Shown here: one piece after another, positions 59,185-64,000 of the stretch
Layout: each line of letters starts with the position of its first letter
How positions within the stretch are numbered: position 1 is the stretch's first letter
Assembly: GCA_016930255.1 (NCBI GenBank)
Contig: JAFGHB010000005.1
Location: 6,942 to 70,941 of the forward strand
DNA from: Methanomicrobia archaeon
GTDB lineage: Archaea; Halobacteriota; Syntropharchaeia; Alkanophagales; Methanospirareceae
Length of the DNA: 64,000 nucleotides
Direction of reading: 5' to 3'
Made by a program: the position numbers and the translations under genes
The notes under the pieces: generated by a model
Database searches by the model: none
What the model was told of the DNA's origin: nothing
The model's input: only the letters and a program-made list of their open reading frames with translations

Positions 59185-59666
59185 ATAATGATCATCCCCG
59201 CTCTGCGTAAATCCGCAAATACTTTTGAAATCCGTTCTTCTGGCAAAAAACTTTTTATGTCGCAAGTTGTTGATAGAATTGATTTTTCTAATTTATCTCC
59301 TAAATATTTCCCTTTATACCTTTGGTATAGTGAGAGGATGGTTCCAGCTACCTCAAGCCACTCAGCGCCCTTGCCCCCTATCAGTTCCAAAAATTTTTTA
59401 GCCTTAAACCCCCCGAGTTCTTTTTTATAATCCCCTCCAAAAACTAACTTTGATTTGGCTATTTTATAATAGTCCTGAGCAAGGCTAGGTGAATACGGAC
59501 CCCTAAGATAAATCGTAGGGGAATACCCCACCTGGAGCCCCAAAAACTTAGCGATGTATACGTATTTTTGTAGCATTAGTCGGTGCTCGAATCTCGTAAC
59601 ATCGAACCCAAAGTCTGCTTCGCTTTCTAAGAATTTTAAAAAAGGCAACAACTTTGTTAGACTCAT
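59181..59666 (-). CDS. Panacea/DUF4065-like protein (putative antitoxin-type), hypothetical
   Basis: 161 aa; ..LMLQKYVYIAKFLGLQVGYSPTIYLRGPYSPS.. resembles the GepA/SocA Panacea core; convergent with 58666..59184, 4-bp overlap. Confidence 0.3.
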   Translation of the reverse strand: MSLTKLLPFLKFLESEADFGFDVTRFEHRLMLQKYVYIAKFLGLQVGYSPTIYLRGPYSPSLAQDYYKIAKSKLVFGGDYKKELGGFKAKKFLELIGGKGAEWLEVAGTILSLYQRYKGKYLGDKLEKSILSTTCDIKSFLPEERISKVFADLRRAGMIII

Positions 59667-59737
59667 CTTTTTTACCCCCGTATCACCTTCTTAATATTTA
59701 AAAAGTTGAACCCGCTTAAAAAGTTTACGATTTTCTT

Positions 59738-59895
59738 CCGCTCTAAGTATATTTCACCTTTGCTACTGAAGTTTTTCCCTCTTGCTACTAAAGTCGGTCA
59801 TCTGCTCTTAAAGTCATGCGATTTTCAGACTTTTGGAGCAAAGCCGATCACCCCCAACTTCTGCACCTTAAATCAAGATTCTGCACTTTTAATCA
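59738..59895. repeat. right array of degenerate TGCTNNTAAAGTC-type direct repeats (6 units, 20-25 bp spacing)
   Basis: ccgctctaagtat, ttgctactgaagt, ttgctactaaagtcgg, ctgctcttaaagtc, ctgcaccttaaatc, ctgcacttttaatc. The third unit matches the left-array unit tgctcctaaagtcgg in 14/15 positions. Confidence 0.6.
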
Positions 59896-60108
59896 TCCAA
59901 AAAAGGTATTAAAAATGCAAAGCCGGAGAAGGCGATAACTACAATAATAAAAAACAGGATCATGCGTGGAGACAGCCCGGAGCCCAACCAAGCTGCACCA
60001 TGAATGACCTTTCTTTATGATTGAAATATAAGAAGAGCCAATGAAGAGCACACCCTATCCCCTACATGACTCTTCCTTTTCCTATTTCCTTTCCCCCTAT
60101 TCGCTTCG

Positions 60109-61708
60109 CTATGTCCGGCTTCGCCTCTGCCGCCACACGCTTGTACAGCCCGCGAGCGCGAGCAACCCAATCATGAGTACCGTTGCCGTTTCCGTGATCG
60201 GCACGCGAGGCACGGGACCCGGCGATTCGTAACACGGCACGGGACAGATCGGGCACGACCCGGAACAGGTCGATGCGCACGGCATGAGATCAGTCGGCAC
60301 GCACGGCGCAGGATCCGTCAAGAACGGGTCATAATCCACAGTACCCGTATTCTCGTTGATGCCCGCGGCGATGACCGTTGAATTATCCGTTCCCCAGTAG
60401 TTGTCTTCTGCTACTACAGCATCTGACTGAAAGTTGTCGAAGTTCCATTCCCAGCCCCCGATAGTCGCATTATACTCGCCGTTGGCCATGATAGTGTTAT
60501 TGCTGATGGTGTTGCCCGTGTTGTTGCCCGAGGATCCCCAGTCTAAGTAGAATCCTCGCTGTACGTTGTTCGCCACCAGGTTGCAGGTGATGCTGTTGTT
60601 GCTCGAAGTAAACAGGTGGATGCCAGCCCACCCGTTCGCGCTGACGTTGTTGCCCGTGAGCGTGTTGTTGCTCGAACCCCCCCACAGGTAGATGCCGTCC
60701 CATCCGTTCGCGCTGACGTCGTTGCCCGTGAGGGTATTGTTACTCGAATAAGACACCTGAATGCCATACCAAACCCCCTCGCTTGCGTCGTTGCCCGTGA
60801 GGGTATTGTTGTTGCTCGAATAATGCAGCAGGATATTGTCCGCGCCGTTCTCGTTGGCAGTGTTGCAGGAGAGCGTATTGTTGCTCGAATAATACAGGTA
60901 GATGCCGTCTTCCCCGTTCCCGTTGGCGGTATTGCAGGAGAGTTCGTTGTTGTTGCTGCCAGAAGACCAATAGTACGACACAGAGATGCCGTCCCCCCCG
61001 TTCCCGTTGGCGGTGTTGCCCGAGAGCGTGTTACTGCTCGAATCAAGCAGTGCGATGCCGTCCCCCCCGTTCCCGTTGGCGGTGTTGCACGTGAGTGTGT
61101 TGTTGCTGCTGCTCGACCACATGGACAACAGACAAATGCCGTCCCCCCCGTTCCCGTTGGCGGTGTTGCCCGAGAGCGTGTTGCTGCTCGAATCATACAG
61201 GAAGATGCCATACCCGGTGTAGTTGGCGGTGTTGCACGTGAGCGTGTTGTTGCTCGAATCATACAGGTAGATGCCTATGGAGTTCGAGCTTGCATTGTTA
61301 TTAAGAATGGCGCAGTGCTGCACGCCATCAAGATAAATCCCATACCCCTCTGTTGCCCCGGTCACGGTGAACCCACAGATGGTCACGTCATCCGCAGTCA
61401 CGTAGAAGACAATGTCTCCTGTGTCTGCAGCTTGAACCGTCGTTACAGCCGCGCCATTCTGAGACCGGATCATCAAACTCTTGTTTACCACCACGTTCTC
61501 GGTGTACGTGCCGTCATGCACGATGATGGTATCGCCGGGATTTGCCGCGTTCACAGCGGCTTGAATGCTGGTGTAGTCGCACCCGGAAGCGCAGACCGTG
61601 TAGGTCGTAGCCGCACTCGCACCCGCCGTGCACAGCACGAGCAGAAAGACGAGTAAAAACGCAGCCACAAGACTTCTTCTTAAAAGGGTGACTTTTACCC
61701 AGGGCGAT
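60109..61708 (-). CDS. NosD-like beta-helix repeat surface protein with C-terminal TM anchor
   Basis: Track ORF is 610 aa (60109..61941). The likely start is the internal Met (MCESRSPWVKVTLLRRSLVAAFLLVFLLVLCTAGASA signal peptide). Contains repeated LSGNTANGNGGDGI units and a C-terminal TM + RQRRSRT. Confidence 0.65.
60540..61270. repeat. intragenic tandem DNA repeats (~66-81 bp period) with C7 homopolymer tracts
   Basis: gatgccgtcccccccgttcccgttggcggtgttgc recurs near-identically at ~60990, ~61057 and ~61138, with degenerate copies down to ~60620. A spurious 346-aa antisense ORF (60616..61656) is created by the repeats. Confidence 0.8.
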
Positions 61709-62020
61709 CTACTTTCGCACATCTCCTCGTCATTACCCCTCAGCCCTTTGTTCACGCCCTTCTTTTTTTCTTTCGCTTTCACCTTTTTCCCTATCACCAG
61801 AAATAGGAGGTACGAGGCGCATATAAAAGCCTTTTGGAATTTTTTTCCGTGTCGCTGCCCCCCGCGGCGGATAGGGCATAAGGTCGACCTCACCGTGTTG
61901 AACGTTGGTTGGGGTATCTGTCTTGAATTGCCTTGAAACACGACTAAGAAGTTTCAGGATCACGCGTTTTAGTAAAAGACGGGATCCCCGTGATTTTTCT
62001 TTCCTCACCTAACCGATTAA

Positions 62021-62686
62021 TTATTGCGCACTCTCCAATAAATCGCTGACCACCGCGTCGTCAAACAGAATGAAGCCTTTTGTTAGCTTTGCAATGCCTT
62101 TAAAGAAATCGGCTTTCTCATAAGTGTAGAGCGCATCGCAGAACGTGGGCACCCATTTCAACATGTGCTCATCGAGAAACTCGCGCTGTAGTTTGAGACA
62201 TTCTATTAATCGTTTCTGGGTAGCCGCTGCTAATTCCTCCTCGCAGAGATAATGCATAAACTTGAGTTCAAATCCGATGTGATCTTCGAGGTCTGTATAC
62301 TCCCGTGATTTTGCGACACCTGCTTTCCTGTACGCTTGCTTTACCGCTACCAGCGGCTCACCCAGCCGCCTTCCACTCACCCACCAGGCCTCGTACGGCT
62401 CTACCGGGGGTCTAAAGGGTCCGACGAATAAGAGCGTATATTCCCCCCTCAACTCGTCATACAAAGTATCGATATCCTTGCCTTTGCTCTTCTCCATAAA
62501 CTCGTTCAATAACCGAAAACCCTCGAACAGCTCGGTATTTACGTCTAACGATTTGAACTCCTGAAACTGGAACCTTCCGTTCACCAAATCCGCTGCAAGT
62601 TCTCGTGCTGGCGCTTCCACATACATCCGAAATAAAAAGGCATAAAAGTTCCTTCTCGTCTCCAAAATTTCTTCTAGTTCGCTCAT
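62021..62686 (-). CDS. TorD/DmsD-family redox-enzyme maturation chaperone
   Basis: 221 aa; all-helical TorD-like pattern (..YAFLFRMY...E..L...Y..LF). Confidence 0.6.
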   Translation of the reverse strand: MSELEEILETRRNFYAFLFRMYVEAPARELAADLVNGRFQFQEFKSLDVNTELFEGFRLLNEFMEKSKGKDIDTLYDELRGEYTLLFVGPFRPPVEPYEAWWVSGRRLGEPLVAVKQAYRKAGVAKSREYTDLEDHIGFELKFMHYLCEEELAAATQKRLIECLKLQREFLDEHMLKWVPTFCDALYTYEKADFFKGIAKLTKGFILFDDAVVSDLLESAQ

Positions 62687-64000
62687 CTACTCCTTCTCTT
62701 CCTCCAACTTTTGTAATGATACCTCAACGGCTCTTACCGGTCTGCACTTTTGACAATACTTGAGCAGGTCTAATCGCTCCTCCACGTTGAGTTCGCCTTC
62801 ACCTTTACCCGCTTTTAGTATCTGTTTCATTCGTTCAAATGCGGATTTCGGCATAAATAGTTCTCCACATCCCGCACAGGCGACAAACTCGACTTCAACC
62901 AGTTTTTTGCTCCCCTCATCAACCAGTTGCGAAAAGTCAAGCACCCGCTTTAACGCAATTGCTTCTTCCGGACAGGCTTGCTGACACATACCGCAGGCAA
63001 TGCAGTCGCCGTATACAAAATCGATCTTATTCTCCGCCTTACTCAGCGCGTTTGTCGGGCACATGGTCACGCACGCATTGCAGAGCGTGCAGTTCGAATT
63101 GATAGCAACATCGGCAAACGGATACGATGTATTTTCCTCCCGTAACGTTGGATGCACACCGGCCTTCATACGAAGGCTCTGCATCAACGCTCTTAGAATA
63201 GCCCGTTTCGGTTCGGTGAAATCGATCTCTACGGGCTTCTTCTTTCTGATAGGCGAAGGGCTGAGTTTAGTGACAAAATCAGTAACCTTCTTCGCGAAAT
63301 CCTCCGCAGCGAACGGGGCATCATCCAGCAATAGCACACGATCTCCCAAACCGAAGGCGGATAAGGTCTTCTGCGCAAAGGTTACCGCAGATTCGATCTG
63401 TTCATGATGTTCATGGTGACCGTCCTCGCATGCCCACAGAATAACACCATCCGCTCCGCGTTCCAACGCGCTGAGTATGTGCGCCTCGGACACCATCTCA
63501 ACGGACGGCACGAAGAGAGGTACTACCGCGGGATAACGAAGCTTCTTCCTGCCAACTGCCGTGAGCTTTTCAACGTTCTCCATGTCCGCGAATAAGAGCA
63601 CGTTTGAGCGTAAATCCTCGGATAATAAGCTTTCTATTTGTGAATACAGTAGCTGATTGGGATAATCACGCAGTTGCGGAACTGATAAGGGACATAAAGA
63701 AGCGCAGAGTCCGCAGCCACGACAGCGCACAGCGCTGAACACCATCTTGACACCCTCCCGCGTGATTGCCTCGTACGGGCAGGGTAAACAATACTCACAC
63801 CCCATTAATTCGCTCCTGCCGCTTGCACAGCGCTTCAAATCCACTTCTAAATACTTCTCCACCCCTATTTCGCCCAAATTAGAAACTAAATCCTGCGCTT
63901 TCTTTAATGCATCTTCGTAATCGTCCGCTTTATAAATCCCGAAGTAGTTAGGCCCGTGCCAGTTCTTGTCAATCACGAGAATCTGTCCGACGTGCAACAC
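62687..64000 (-). CDS. multi-[4Fe-4S] ferredoxin with central MvhD-like domain (extends past the window edge)
   Basis: At least 437 aa; MvhD-like block LLFADMEN...ERGADGVILWACEDGHHEHH; several ferredoxin Cys motifs (CRGCGLCASLCP, CTLCNACVTMCP, CIACGMCQQACP). Confidence 0.6.
   Translation of the reverse strand: MLHVGQILVIDKNWHGPNYFGIYKADDYEDALKKAQDLVSNLGEIGVEKYLEVDLKRCASGRSELMGCEYCLPCPYEAITREGVKMVFSAVRCRGCGLCASLCPLSVPQLRDYPNQLLYSQIESLLSEDLRSNVLLFADMENVEKLTAVGRKKLRYPAVVPLFVPSVEMVSEAHILSALERGADGVILWACEDGHHEHHEQIESAVTFAQKTLSAFGLGDRVLLLDDAPFAAEDFAKKVTDFVTKLSPSPIRKKKPVEIDFTEPKRAILRALMQSLRMKAGVHPTLREENTSYPFADVAINSNCTLCNACVTMCPTNALSKAENKIDFVYGDCIACGMCQQACPEEAIALKRVLDFSQLVDEGSKKLVEVEFVACAGCGELFMPKSAFERMKQILKAGKGEGELNVEERLDLLKYCQKCRPVRAVEVSLQKLEEEKE

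Noticed and set aside
59711-59895. Repeat array scored as a possible CRISPR array
   Set aside because: Units are only ~13 bp, degenerate, irregularly spaced (20-25 bp) with no defined spacers, and no cas genes are nearby. They are more consistent with att/iteron-like sites.
60616-61656. 346-aa plus-strand ORF antisense to the beta-helix surface protein gene
   Set aside because: It is produced by the internal tandem repeats (VPPVPVGGVARERV... repeats). It has no start context and lies entirely within a gene with strong protein-family support.

Overview
This is a 64 kb archaeal chromosomal segment from a euryarchaeal, F420-using anaerobe. Gene content and order resemble Archaeoglobi or ANME/Methanosarcinales-like lineages. 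Operons are dense, starts overlap by 4 bp, and TATA/BRE promoters and SD-like RBSs are present.

Housekeeping genes, in order along the window:
- NifU-like, NifX-like, Mrp/NBP35 and DUF134 Fe-S maturation genes, embedded in a set of Gly/Met/Arg-rich DUF5320-like proteins
- archaeal phosphopantothenate synthetase, PDCD5-like protein, eS19, GatB, CofG (F420 biosynthesis) and PRPP synthetase
- uL15 then SecY, followed by a decaying tandem secY duplicate
- TBP, HisF, topoisomerase IA and GGPP synthase

Energy metabolism:
- a complete 10-gene F420H2:quinone oxidoreductase operon in the order J-K-M-L-N-A-(BCD fused)-H-I-F
- an mvhD / FrhB-like / hdrC / hdrB / tandem-HdrA cluster with no hydrogenase genes, predicted to be an F420H2-dependent heterodisulfide reductase

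Extracytoplasmic redox:
- two divergent tatC genes plus tatA next to a Tat-exported molybdopterin oxidoreductase (formate-dehydrogenase-like Cys motif), its Fe-S subunit, an NrfD/PsrC-type anchor and a TorD-like chaperone
- a thiol-redox module made of a redoxin-CcdA fusion and a rhodanese-redoxin protein with a PGF-CTERM anchor

Accessory and odd regions:
- an insertion at the 3' end of pelota, flanked by a duplicated pelota 3' end that differs only at synonymous sites and carrying an AN1-zinc-finger protein
- an AT-rich stretch with two frameshifted DNA-methyltransferase C-terminal remnants flanking a small membrane protein
- an AT-rich island with a convergent PIN-like / Panacea-like gene pair, bounded by degenerate direct repeats
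- two NosD-like beta-helix surface glycoproteins, one with intragenic DNA tandem repeats and C7 tracts

No tRNA, rRNA or CRISPR array was found.
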